Source: an uncultured Clostridia bacterium (lineage in GTDB: Bacteria; Bacillota; Clostridia; TANB77; CAG-508). From it: a stretch of DNA of 64,000 nt. Position 1 is the stretch's first letter; each line of letters opens with the position of its first letter. A program made the translations under genes and the position numbers. The stretch spans positions 12,869 to 76,868 of the forward strand of contig CALXCD010000002.1 in NCBI GenBank assembly GCA_944386715.1, in the 5' to 3' direction. The notes beneath the pieces were generated by a model. The model saw only the letters and a list, made by a program, of their open reading frames with translations, was not told the origin of the DNA and did no database searches. Positions 26,983-37,397 of the stretch are shown here, one piece after another.

Positions 26983-29595
26983 CTATCCCATTTTCTCTTT
27001 TATTTTTACTAGCGTATTTAAAGCATCAATTGGTGTTAATTCATCTAAATTAATTTTATCAATTTCATGTGCTATTTCTGCAATTTTGTAATTAAACATA
27101 TCAAATTGACCTTGCACTTGTTTTTTATCTTGTTTTTCTTGTTTCTTTTCTGATAAAATGCTTTTTCTTTCTAATGTTCTTAAAATTTCATTTGCTCTGC
27201 TAGTTACTGCTTTAGGCACACCTGCCAGTTTTGCAACATGAATTCCATAGCTCTCATCTGTACCGCCTCTTACAATTTTTCTTAAAAAGATAATATCTTC
27301 TCCTTTTTCTTTGACTGCAATAGAATAATTTTTGATTCCTTCTAATTTTTCTTCTAATTGTGTTAATTCATGATAGTGTGTAGCAAATAGAGTTTTTGCT
27401 CCGCATTTTTCTTTGTCAGCAATAAATTCTGCAACTGCCCATGCAATAGATAATCCATCATAAGTAGAGGTTCCTCTACCAATTTCATCTAAAATAATTA
27501 AACTATTGGGTGTTGCTTCTTTTAAAATAGTAGCTACTTCCATCATTTCTACCATAAAAGTACTTTGTCCCATACTTAAATCATCAGATGCTCCTACCCT
27601 TGTAAATATTTTATCTACAACTCCTATTTGAGCTTTATCTGCTGGTACAAAACTTCCTACTTGTGCCATTAGTGTAATTAATGCTACTTGCCTCATATAG
27701 GTGGATTTTCCTGCCATATTAGGACCTGTTATAATAGATAGCCTATTTTCTTCTTTATCTAAATAGGTATCATTTGCAACAAATGCTCCTGCTCCTAGCA
27801 TTTTTTCAATAACAGGATGTCTTCCGTTTTGGATATCAATAACTCCTAAATTGTTTACTTCTGGCATACAATAATTCATATCTTCTGCTACTGTTGCAAA
27901 AGATACTAATACATCTAGACTAGCTACCGCTTCACTTGTTTTTTGCAATCTACGAATATTTTTTGCAATTTCTTCTCTAATTTGTGTAAAAGCATTATAT
28001 TCTAAATTAACTACTCTTTCTTCTGCTCCTAGAATTTGATTTTCTAGGTTTTTTAATTCTTCTGTAATATATCTTTCTGCATTAGTTAATGTTTGTTTTC
28101 TAATGTATCTTTCTGGTACTTGGTCTAAAAATGATTTCGTAACTTCCAAATAATAACCAAATACTTTATTAAATCCTACTTTTAAGTTTTTGATTCCTGT
28201 TTTTTCTTTTTCTTCTAGTTCTAATTGAATTAGCCAATTTTTGCCTTCTATTTGAGCTGTTTTTAAAGTATCAATTTCAGGGTCATATCCTAATTTAATG
28301 ATACCTCCCTCTTTAATTGTCATCGGTGGGTCATCTACAATTGCCTTATCAATTAATTTATGGATATCTTGTAATTCATCCAGATTTTCATTAATGTCTT
28401 TTAATAATTCAGTTTGACAGTTACTAAGTGCATGTTTTACTTCTGGTAATTTGTATAATGAATTTTTTAAAGTTATCATATCTCTTGCATTGGCATTCCC
28501 ATACGCCATTTTTCCTGCTAAGCGTTCGATATCATACACTTTTTTTAAAGCTTCTACTAAATCTCCTCTTAGCATGATATTTTCTTTTAATTCTTTTACT
28601 GCATTTAATCTTCTATTAATTTCTAAACTATCAATTAATGGGTCATTTAGCCATCTTCTTAATTGTCTTCCTCCCATAGAAGTGGCAGTTTTGTCTAGTA
28701 CCCAAAGCAAAGTTCCTTTTTTGCTTTTATCTCTCATTTTTTCTGTAATTTCTAAGTTTCTTCTAGCATTGATATCTAAAGACATATATCTTGAAATTTG
28801 ATAAACAGTAATTTTGTTAATATGACCTAATGTTGTTTTTTGTGTTTGTGTAATGTATTCTACTAAAGCATTGATACTTGGTACTGCAATATTTTTGTTT
28901 TCTATATTGGATATTTCTTTTCCGGTACTATCCACAAATTGAAAATTCTTGTTTAATTCACTCGTATCTTCTTTGAAAAATGAATCATTAAAATTGGTTA
29001 TGTATAAATCAAACCTTTCTTTTATTTTATTGATTTCTTCTGTGCAATCTCCCATCATGGAATTAACAACTAATTCAGATGGTGTATATCTTGCAATTTC
29101 GTCTAATAATTGTGGGAAATTATGATTATCTTTTATTTCTGCTGCATAAAATTCTCCTGTTGAAATGTCACATACACTAATTCCAAAATAGATTCCTGTT
29201 TTGAAAATAGACATGATAAAATTGTTTTTTCTTTCTTCTAACATGTTGCTATCTACAATGGTTCCTGGTGTGACTACTCTAATAACTCCTCTTTTTACAA
29301 TTCCTTTTGCTGTTTTTGGGTCCTCTAATTGTTCACAAATTGCTACTTTATATCCTTTTGCTATTAATTTTGCAATATAGCTTTCTGCTGCATGATATGG
29401 TACACCTGCCATTGGTGCACGTTCTTCTTGCCCACAATCTTTTCCTGTTAATGTGATTTCTAGTTCTCTGGATACTAATATGGCATCATCAAAAAACATT
29501 TCATAAAAATCCCCTAAACGATAGAACAAGATACAATCTTTATATTGCTCCTTTGTTTCTAAATATTTTTGCATCATTGGCGAATATTCTGCCAT
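26983..29595 (-). CDS. mutS: DNA mismatch repair protein MutS
   Basis: 870 aa: N-terminal PMMQKYLETKEQYKDCILFYRLGDFYEMF, Walker A GPNMAGKSTYMRQ, and DEIGRGTSTYDG. Confidence 0.97.
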   Translation of the reverse strand: MAEYSPMMQKYLETKEQYKDCILFYRLGDFYEMFFDDAILVSRELEITLTGKDCGQEERAPMAGVPYHAAESYIAKLIAKGYKVAICEQLEDPKTAKGIVKRGVIRVVTPGTIVDSNMLEERKNNFIMSIFKTGIYFGISVCDISTGEFYAAEIKDNHNFPQLLDEIARYTPSELVVNSMMGDCTEEINKIKERFDLYITNFNDSFFKEDTSELNKNFQFVDSTGKEISNIENKNIAVPSINALVEYITQTQKTTLGHINKITVYQISRYMSLDINARRNLEITEKMRDKSKKGTLLWVLDKTATSMGGRQLRRWLNDPLIDSLEINRRLNAVKELKENIMLRGDLVEALKKVYDIERLAGKMAYGNANARDMITLKNSLYKLPEVKHALSNCQTELLKDINENLDELQDIHKLIDKAIVDDPPMTIKEGGIIKLGYDPEIDTLKTAQIEGKNWLIQLELEEKEKTGIKNLKVGFNKVFGYYLEVTKSFLDQVPERYIRKQTLTNAERYITEELKNLENQILGAEERVVNLEYNAFTQIREEIAKNIRRLQKTSEAVASLDVLVSFATVAEDMNYCMPEVNNLGVIDIQNGRHPVIEKMLGAGAFVANDTYLDKEENRLSIITGPNMAGKSTYMRQVALITLMAQVGSFVPADKAQIGVVDKIFTRVGASDDLSMGQSTFMVEMMEVATILKEATPNSLIILDEIGRGTSTYDGLSIAWAVAEFIADKEKCGAKTLFATHYHELTQLEEKLEGIKNYSIAVKEKGEDIIFLRKIVRGGTDESYGIHVAKLAGVPKAVTSRANEILRTLERKSILSEKKQEKQDKKQVQGQFDMFNYKIAEIAHEIDKINLDELTPIDALNTLVKIKEKMG

Positions 29596-30308
29596 AAACT
29601 GTCCTCCTTTTGCATCATCTTTTCTTTATATGTATTAAAATCTTCCCCTTCATATTTAGGTAATTCATATGTTTCTTTTAACTTTTCATCTAAAATTTCT
29701 TTTCCTTGGTATATAAATTTCACATTTTGTAAATTGCTAAAATCTTCTAATGTTACTAACATGCTATTTGATGTTTTTTGGATATAACATAATCTTTGAT
29801 AAATTTCTTGTACATCATGATTTAATAATTCACTATGCCCTTTCACAATATACTCCAACAAATTTACAATTGTATTTTCTATTTTGATAGCAAAGCAGGA
29901 TAAAAAGGTTGCATATATTTCTAAATCTAATAGACTTATATTAAAAATATTGGGATTTTTTTTAATCAGTTTGTTTGTATCACTTGCCGTCATAAAATAA
30001 TAGCTGTCTAATGTTTGGCAAATTGGTTTTATTTTTTTGTTAATATCTAATGCAATTAACTTTTTGTTTTTTTGAATCATGTGAATTACATCTTCTTTGT
30101 AAATAGCTTCCTGTGTTTCATCATTAATATCCTGATTTCTTGTTTGAAAATATTTTAATATTTGTGTTAGATTTTCAATAAATTTTTGTTTTGATATGTC
30201 TTGTCCTTTTTGTGTTACTACAACATAGATATTGGCAATATCTTTTACATCTATTCCTAATTTTACTAATGCTTTCACATTTTCTTGATTAATTTCATTT
30301 GTTTCCAT
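29574..30308 (-). CDS. Hypothetical helical-repeat protein (mTERF-like repeats suspected)
   Basis: 244 aa lying between miaB and mutS and overlapping the mutS start by 22 nt. Repeat-like segments: LVKLGIDVKDIANI, MIQKNKKLIALDINKKIKPICQTL, LIKKNPNIFNISLLDLE. Confidence 0.6.
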   Translation of the reverse strand: METNEINQENVKALVKLGIDVKDIANIYVVVTQKGQDISKQKFIENLTQILKYFQTRNQDINDETQEAIYKEDVIHMIQKNKKLIALDINKKIKPICQTLDSYYFMTASDTNKLIKKNPNIFNISLLDLEIYATFLSCFAIKIENTIVNLLEYIVKGHSELLNHDVQEIYQRLCYIQKTSNSMLVTLEDFSNLQNVKFIYQGKEILDEKLKETYELPKYEGEDFNTYKEKMMQKEDSLWQNIRQ

Positions 30309-30338
30309 CTTTACTTACATTCCTTCCTTTTCTTTTGC

Positions 30339-31773
30339 TTATTTTTCACCTTTTAGATACCACATATGTTCTGATACGATTTTTAAATCTTGCATGGTAC
30401 CTATCCACTCTTTTGGTCCTTCAAAAATAACTACTTTATTACTATCAGTTCTTCCTGTTAGCATTTTACTGTTATTTTTGCTTTCTCCTTCTACTAGAAC
30501 TTTTTGGGTTGTTCCTATATATTTTTGATTATTTTCTTCTATTTGACTTTCTACTAAAGCTTTTAGCCTATTAAATCTTTGATGTTTTATCTCCTCTGGA
30601 ATTTGGTTTTCCATTTTATCTCCTGGAGTTCCTATCCTTCTAGAATAGATAAACATATATACTTGTTCAAATTTTACTTTTTCTACAACATCTAAAGTGT
30701 CTTTAAATTCTTCTTCTGTTTCTCCTGGGAATCCTACAATAATATCTGTAGAAAGTGTTAGATTTGGGATTTTATTTTTCATCTTTTCAACTAAATTCAA
30801 ATATTGTTCTTTGGTATATTTTCGGTTCATTTCTTTCAATACTTTTGTATTTCCAGATTGAAGCGGTAAATGAATTAATTTACAAACTTTTTCGCAATCT
30901 GCAATGGCTTGAATAACATCATCAGTAAAATCTTTTGGATGTGGAGATACAAAACGTATTCTTTGTATTCCCTCTATTTTGTTAATGGCTCTTAATAAAG
31001 TGGCAAAAGAGTTTACTCCTTCATATTCTTCAAATGGAATTTGTTTTTCTTTTTCTACTCTTAAATAAGAATTCACATTTTGACCTAATAAGGTAATTTC
31101 TTGATAGCCTTGTTTTGCAAGCTCTTTTACTTCTTCTATAATAGCTCTTGGTTTTCTACTTCTTTCTCTTCCACGTACATATGGTACAATACAATAACTG
31201 CAAAAATTGTTACATCCATTCATAATAGTAACAGATGCCTTTATGCTACTTTCTCTTTTGATTGGTAATCCTTCATGAATTTCCCCATCAATATCTATAA
31301 TATCTTCTTGTTTTCTTTTTTCTTGTAATGCCTGATATAAATCTTCTGGGAAACGATGTAAGGTATGTGTACCAAATAAAATATCTACAAAAGGATAACT
31401 TTCTTTTATTTTGTCTGTAATATGTTTTTCTTGCATCATACATCCACCAATTGCAATAATAATCCCTTTTTCTTCTTTTATTTTTTTTAGTTCTCCTAGT
31501 TTTCCAAAAAGTTTATCTTCTGCATTTTCTCTGACGCAACAAGTATTAAATAGAACGATATCTGCTTGTTTGGTATCTTCTGTTTTATCATATCCCATTT
31601 TTTCTAACATACCACATAACTTTTCGGAGTCATTTTCATTTAATTGACATCCCATTGTTAAAATGTGGTATTTTTTTTCTTTGTTTCCGAGATAATTGTT
31701 TTACTTTTTCCATGTATTTTTGTTGTATTTTTATTTCCTCATTTATTTCCAAATTTTTTCTCTCCTTTTTCAT
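30339..31773 (-). CDS. miaB: tRNA-2-methylthio-N6-dimethylallyladenosine synthase, with an apparent frameshift in a poly-A run near the 5' end
   Basis: GCQLNENDSE MTTase N-domain, radical-SAM CNNFCSYC, and a TRAM C-terminus. The frame is open upstream (..KKYHILTMGCQ). The N-terminal 31 codons (MKKERKNLEINEE...) sit in the -1 frame, joined at the A8 run (plus-strand T8 at 31671-31678). Confidence 0.9.
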
Positions 31774-31981
31774 TTTGAACAGTAACATTTTATTACATTT
31801 TGTCACTTTTTGCAACTGTGGTCGCAAAAATTTTATAAATATTTTATGTGAACAGTTAAAATTGCTTTTGTGATAGATTTCGTTTAAAATTAAAAGCAGA
31901 TTTTATCTACTCTAAATTCATACTTTAAATTTATGAGACGTGTTTTTCTTGTAAATATATCTGTTACAATCAATCAAAAAA

Positions 31982-32008
31982 GAGTTCAGCACTTTTCTTG
32001 CTAAACTC
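31982..32008 (-). terminator. Rho-independent terminator after the HAD hydrolase gene
   Basis: On the minus strand, GAGTTTAGCA-AGAAAAG-TGCTGAACTC is followed by TTTTTTG. Confidence 0.7.
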
Positions 32009-32135
32009 CATATTTTATCGGTTAATTTTTATATCACGCTTTTCTTACATAAATGTCTAATACACTATTTTTTTATGCTGCATTAGTAGACTTTTTGATA
32101 ACAAATTTTTTATATAAGAAATCTGTAGTATTTCA

Positions 32136-32798
32136 TTAAATAATATCTAATAATTCTTTCATTGATCTTATTTTATAATCTGGCTCTATTAAAGCTTCTT
32201 CTTTTTTCTTCCATTTGTTATTTATATTTTGCTCATACCATATAGTCTTTACACCTAATACTTTTACTCCTAATAAATCTTCTAGTAGCTCATCACTTAC
32301 AAATGCAATTTTATTATATTCTTCTTTTGGAATTTCTTCAAATGCTTTCATATATACTTTTAAATTTGGTTTTCTTTCTTTTACTTCTTCTGAAATAACT
32401 ACTTTTTTAAAATATTTTCTTACATCTTCACGTTTTAAAATATATTCAACATTCCTAATAGAATTATTACTTATAATTCCTAAATAATAACCTTTTTCAT
32501 ATAATTTAACAATAGTCTCTCTTGTCTCGTCATCTAAAATATGAGATTCTAATAATAGCATATCGATTTTTTCTAAATCTTCTTCTGCTATATTTAAGAT
32601 TGATGATAAATCTTTATATATTTCTCTTTCTGTAACCTTTCCTAGAGAATTTAAAATTTGATAGTTTTTCCATTTTCTAAATATATCATCCCATTTTAAA
32701 TTATATTTTTCTAATATATTATTTATTTTATCATCAACATTTTCAAATTTACTGATTAATGTATATCCCCAATCAAAAAATATGTATTTATATTTCAT
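32136..32798 (-). CDS. HAD-superfamily hydrolase
   Basis: Motif I IFFDWGYTL (DxG variant), motif II GIISNN, and a C-terminal FVSDE. Confidence 0.75.
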   Translation of the reverse strand: MKYKYIFFDWGYTLISKFENVDDKINNILEKYNLKWDDIFRKWKNYQILNSLGKVTEREIYKDLSSILNIAEEDLEKIDMLLLESHILDDETRETIVKLYEKGYYLGIISNNSIRNVEYILKREDVRKYFKKVVISEEVKERKPNLKVYMKAFEEIPKEEYNKIAFVSDELLEDLLGVKVLGVKTIWYEQNINNKWKKKEEALIEPDYKIRSMKELLDII

Positions 32799-32799
32799 C

Positions 32800-33180
32800 T
32801 TATCTTTCTTCTCCTTTATCTTTTATATTATGTATTTCTTCAATAATCTCATGTTCAAAAAATCTTTCTTGAAATTCTACTAATGCCTCAATTTGTTGTT
32901 TAGTATATATCCTTTCTTCAGGAGCAATCACTAATTTATCGTCATCATCATCCAATCTATGTATTGCAGCTATACATTTTCCTTCATATTCTTCTACTGG
33001 TTCAAATATTCCTACTATATATGCATCTAATTCTTCACCATCTCCACTAATTGTATTCGGAACATACCCATAATTAATTGGATATATGAAATTCCATTTA
33101 GGATGCTTTGAACCCATTGGTCTATCCATAACAACTTTGACTTTCTTACCCAAAAAATCTTTATAACTTACTTTTTTCAT
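32800..33180 (-). CDS. Inorganic diphosphatase-like protein (short family-I PPase fold)
   Basis: YPINYGYVPNTISGDGEELDAYIVG ... HRLDDDDDKLVIAP, resembling the PPase metal-binding Asp clusters. Confidence 0.6.
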   Translation of the reverse strand: MKKVSYKDFLGKKVKVVMDRPMGSKHPKWNFIYPINYGYVPNTISGDGEELDAYIVGIFEPVEEYEGKCIAAIHRLDDDDDKLVIAPEERIYTKQQIEALVEFQERFFEHEIIEEIHNIKDKGEER

Positions 33181-33483
33181 TTATTTTTTATTTTATCATA
33201 TTTTTTAATAATTTCATATACCTTTTAATCTCTTTATAAAATATTAAAAACTTATAAAATAAAGCAATGATATTTTAAATTTATATAAATCTTAACGATA
33301 TCATTCTTTTTAATATTAAAAAAATCCTAAAATAACTCGTTTTTAATTTCTATCATAAAAGTAATTGTAATTATAAATAATTTTTGTACAGTTTTTGTAA
33401 AAAATTTATCTTGTATATCCCTAAAAAATTGTGATATAATGTTTTATAATAAATATAAGAATATATGTATAAAGGTGATTTTA

Positions 33484-34155
33484 ATGGGGAAATTTGATTC
33501 TATTTTAAAAAGTCAAACTGCAAAAAAGTATTATTCTTCTCATGTAGAAGATTTGTATAGAAAAGCACATATCTCAGGTGAGGTAGATTATGATTATTTT
33601 GAAAATTTAAATGTACAAGATTTACAAGATTATAATAAAAAGAAAAAATATAATTATGATTTAATATCTTTATGGGCAATTTTAGAAATGAGAAAATATC
33701 TTGATTTTCAATTAGGCAATACCTATAATCCTTATTTCTTAGAAGATAATAGCTTAGTGCCTATTAAAAATTTGCCAGATTATGATTATATGCCAGAAAA
33801 AGCAAGAGTGCAATCTTTGTTGGATATTAAATTTGTGAAAAAATTTATTCTAGAAGGGATTACTTTTAGTAATGTTTATATAGCAACTTATGAAATTATG
33901 GATATGAATAATGTTTTTAGACCTTTTGTCCAATTTTTTACAAAAAATGAATTCGGAAAATTTGTTGAAATTGCTTATGGATATGATTCTAATGATAATG
34001 GCAATGTGGAATTATTTATTCCTTCTTTTAATTATCCTGTATTTTTGACTCCAAAAGGATTTATTGGACTTCCTCTTTCAGGAAAATTTATTAAATTGAA
34101 TGTATATGATTACATTACAGAGCATGATATTGAAAAATTATTAAAGAATAGCTAA
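33484..34155 (+). CDS. Hypothetical protein
   Basis: The ATG at 33484 is preceded by AAAGGTGA. The earlier ATG at 33439 lies inside a TGTGATATAAT extended -10 box. I recognise no motif. Confidence 0.6.
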   Translation: MGKFDSILKSQTAKKYYSSHVEDLYRKAHISGEVDYDYFENLNVQDLQDYNKKKKYNYDLISLWAILEMRKYLDFQLGNTYNPYFLEDNSLVPIKNLPDYDYMPEKARVQSLLDIKFVKKFILEGITFSNVYIATYEIMDMNNVFRPFVQFFTKNEFGKFVEIAYGYDSNDNGNVELFIPSFNYPVFLTPKGFIGLPLSGKFIKLNVYDYITEHDIEKLLKNS

Positions 34156-34350
34156 TATTGCCAAGGGGACGTTCCTTTTTGGCAACTTTTATATCTTACT
34201 TTATTCAAAAAAGTTAATATATTAATATTGGCAGACAAAGACCCGGATTGTTATGCCACAGTTAAGTTTTTGTCTAAAATATTAATATATTAACTTTTAT
34301 TTTAAAAATATAAGTTGCCAAAAAGGAACGTCCCCTTGGCAATATTAGCT
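34150..34350. repeat. Nested palindromic element, copy E4 of the conserved-core hairpin family
   Basis: A perfect 38-bp inverted repeat at 34150-34187 / 34313-34350 (AGCTAATATTGCCAAGGGGACGTTCCTTTTTGGCAACT). Inner stem 34213-34294, core 34236-34272. Confidence 0.9.
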
Positions 34351-34388
34351 ATAAAAAAAGTAGCTGATTAAATATCGCTACTTTCTTT

Positions 34389-34601
34389 TTATGCAAGACC
34401 GTATTTTTTCTTAAATTTATCTGCTCTACCTCCAACTGTTTCTTGTCTTAGATTTCCTGTCCAGAATGGATGACATTTAGAACATACGTCTACTTTTATA
34501 TCTTTTTTTGTTGAACCAACTTCTAATACATTTCCACAAGCACATGTGATAGTTGTTTGGTTGTAATTTGGATGTATTCCTTCTTTCATTTTCAAGTTCA
34601 C
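34389..34601 (-). CDS. rpmE: 50S ribosomal protein L31 (Zn-ribbon type A)
   Basis: MKEGIHPNY ... CACGN ... [10 protein letters not shown] ... [10 protein letters not shown]. Confidence 0.95.
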   Translation of the reverse strand: MNLKMKEGIHPNYNQTTITCACGNVLEVGSTKKDIKVDVCSKCHPFWTGNLRQETVGGRADKFKKKYGLA

Positions 34602-34669
34602 CTCTTTCTTTTTTCTTGAATAATATGACTGTTTTTTATCATATCATATTTTTTTTATTTTTTCAAGTA

Positions 34670-34834
34670 TTATTTTTCATTATTTTCACTTTTTTGTTCC
34701 TGATAAACATATTCTGCAGAAGATATCATTTCTGTGTCTAAAGAAAGTTTATTTATTAACTTCCACATAATATTAAAGATACATGCTATTATTAATATTA
34801 ACATTCCTATTTTTTTCCAATATTTTGCAAGCAT
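34670..34834 (-). CDS. Possible small membrane protein (54 aa), below the ORF-track cutoff
   Basis: ATG at 34834 preceded by AGAGGGATAAAT, encoding MLAKYWKKIGMLILIIACIFNIMWKLINKL..., with one TM segment. Confidence 0.3.
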   Translation of the reverse strand: MLAKYWKKIGMLILIIACIFNIMWKLINKLSLDTEMISSAEYVYQEQKSENNEK

Positions 34835-34964
34835 ATTTATCCCTCTTTCTTTTTTGTTACATTTTTATTATACTTTTATTTTGTAAAATTGTCAACTTTT
34901 AAAATTATATTTTATAGCTTAACAGACACCCTTTATATAAAAGAGTGTCTGTTAACTCAAGACC

Positions 34965-35558
34965 TTAATTGCAAGCAAGCTTTAATATAGCCTGCTTAAT
35001 TTCGTTCTTTGTGTTACTGTCCAGCCAAAAGAATTCTTCCGACTCCTGCTCAGAAACAATTTCTCCTGTTAATTCTGCTAAAATTTCTTCTACTAGATAG
35101 CGATTTACTGGTACTCTTCTTGCCATTAATTCCTTAACTTCTTTAGTTTTTTTGACTCGTAATAATTTATGTCCTATTTCATGCCCTATAACAAGTTCTC
35201 CAGGTGCTCTTCTAGCTCCTATACAAGTATTATTATCAATCAAGATATTTCCATTTTCACAGAAAGCTCCCGTTGTAATTTCAAACAATGGTAGTATTAT
35301 TATTTCTTGCCCTTTTAAATATCTTAATGGCATTTGAGATTGTTCATATTGTGTGATAATTTTTTTCATTGCCCTAAAATATTGTGGAAAAAGCATTTCT
35401 TCAGCAAATTTCATGATGTTTTCTTTCTTTTCAGATTTACATTTTCCCATCGCGGCAGCAGTCTCCGGATTTGAATCTACGTCTGGTACTGGTACATAAC
35501 ATGTTACATGTGTTTTGTTCCGCAACCATGTTTCGGATTTTATAAATTTTTCTGCCAT
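34965..35558 (-). CDS. Putative zinc metallopeptidase (HExxH)
   Basis: The motif VIGHEIGHKLL is the only one I recognise. 197 aa, no signal peptide. Confidence 0.55.
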   Translation of the reverse strand: MAEKFIKSETWLRNKTHVTCYVPVPDVDSNPETAAAMGKCKSEKKENIMKFAEEMLFPQYFRAMKKIITQYEQSQMPLRYLKGQEIIILPLFEITTGAFCENGNILIDNNTCIGARRAPGELVIGHEIGHKLLRVKKTKEVKELMARRVPVNRYLVEEILAELTGEIVSEQESEEFFWLDSNTKNEIKQAILKLACN

Positions 35559-35772
35559 ATTTATGACCTCCTATATCAGCAGTATACTATATAGTTACAT
35601 AATTATTATACATTACTTATTTCTTTTTGGCAATAATAATATGTCCAATTATGTTTATTTTTAATAATGATATTTTCTTGATGTTTCTATTTTATAATAT
35701 GTAATCTATATGATGGAAAAAGCAAGCCAAGGACTTTTATATAAAATCCTTTGACTTGCTTTTTTGTAGTAC

Positions 35773-36501
35773 TTAATCTAACCATCTATTTTCTAAATAG
35801 TAAAAACCGATTACTACTAGTACTATTAGTATAGCCCACACTACCCAAAAAATTACAATTTCATGTCCTCTTTCTAGGTATTCTATGGTTTCTTCGATAG
35901 TTTGATTATTGTAAAATGAAGTTTCGTTAATAGTTTCATCTTTCAGAGAAGTAAAAATTGTACCCTGAAAACTTGTAGCTGTGCCATAATATACATTTCT
36001 CTTATGGTATCCTGTACTTATTGTTTTAATGTAACCACTTGATGGAAATGGAATTTTATCATACTCAAACTCAACATTTAAAAATGAAATTTTTGTTGCC
36101 GTTTTCTTATATGTTCTCATTGTATCCCAAGTCCAATACTGTTCTATCTTTGTTCTGGTATGTGTTTTCCCATCAGAACCCGTATATGTCTCTGTCACAG
36201 TTCTGGTGTGCATTCTATATTCTTGTTCTTCTTTTTTTATGTAAGAATATTTTCCTTCTATTTCGGGAAAATTAACAGGATCTAATGTTTCCAAATTCCC
36301 GTATACAAATGCATTTCCAATATTTGTTTTCATTCCATACCGGAATAATTCTTCCTCAGAATCAATTTGAACGGCAGAGTCATATTCTTGATATTTTTCA
36401 AGCATATGTTGTTGTATTTTTCCACTAATATAAAAACCAATTATTAGCATTACACTAACGATTACAATACTTGCTATAATCTCTCTTTTTTTAATTTCCA
36501 T
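35773..36501 (-). CDS. Membrane protein with N- and C-terminal TM anchors, function unknown (LemA-associated)
   Basis: 242 aa. It starts 12 nt after the LemA stop, so the two are probably co-transcribed. Confidence 0.65.
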   Translation of the reverse strand: MEIKKREIIASIVIVSVMLIIGFYISGKIQQHMLEKYQEYDSAVQIDSEEELFRYGMKTNIGNAFVYGNLETLDPVNFPEIEGKYSYIKKEEQEYRMHTRTVTETYTGSDGKTHTRTKIEQYWTWDTMRTYKKTATKISFLNVEFEYDKIPFPSSGYIKTISTGYHKRNVYYGTATSFQGTIFTSLKDETINETSFYNNQTIEETIEYLERGHEIVIFWVVWAILIVLVVIGFYYLENRWLD

Positions 36502-36512
36502 TGTGTTATCCT

Positions 36513-37058
36513 CTAATCAAAGAGGTTTTGAGGTGCATCCTCAGAAACCTCATAATCAAGTTTCTGAAATTCTATTCTTTCATAGCCTGTTAAGGAAAGA
36601 AAGAATTTGTTAATTGGATTTAGTGTATAGGTATTATATCTCCCCACTGCTTTATTATAGGATTCTCTCGTTTCTGCTATTTTATTTTCTGTTATAGATG
36701 ATTCTTTCATGAACTCTTTATAATTATCTTGACTACTAAGTTGAGGATAGTCCTCTAACACAGCATTTATGATATTATTGACTTCATTCATCATATCATC
36801 TGATATAGTTCTACGTGTATTAATAACATCCATGAGAGTTTCATATTCATGTTTGTCATATGATTTGATAGCATCGGCTAAGGTTGGAAGCAAATCCGCT
36901 CTCCGCTTTTCTTGAACTTTAATTGCTGACTTTGCATCTGTTACTTTCTCTGCATAAGCAATAGCATTTGCTGTTATAGAATTGATTCCTACAATTATTA
37001 CGATAATAGATGCTACAATTGCTGCAATAGCGATTAAAATAGACTTGTTAATCTTCAT
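36513..37058 (-). CDS. LemA family protein
   Basis: Start MKINKSILIA with AAGGAG upstream, one TM segment, and KRRADLLPTLADAIKSYDKHEYETL ... YNKAVGRYNTY. Confidence 0.85.
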   Translation of the reverse strand: MKINKSILIAIAAIVASIIVIIVGINSITANAIAYAEKVTDAKSAIKVQEKRRADLLPTLADAIKSYDKHEYETLMDVINTRRTISDDMMNEVNNIINAVLEDYPQLSSQDNYKEFMKESSITENKIAETRESYNKAVGRYNTYTLNPINKFFLSLTGYERIEFQKLDYEVSEDAPQNLFD

Positions 37059-37397
37059 GATATATCTCCTTTTCTTGAAACACAATTTTTTATTCCATAT
37101 TCAATTTTCAATTTACGTTTTGTTCTATTAACGAAATCTTCTAAGTTTTCATGTTTTCCCTCCTTAAAATTATTTAAGTAGCCTTGTTATAAGTACTACA
37201 CATTTTCAGCATTGCATATGATGCAATTTTATATAAATATTATATACTATTTTACATAATTTTGCAAATTGCCCATGCTTGTAACTGTGAAACATTTTTG
37301 TTATTTTTTTTTAATTTTGTTTCACATTTTTGATTAAATTGCCATTTATGTATCAATGTTTTGTATAATTTTCTAAATATGGTAAATACTAATTTGG

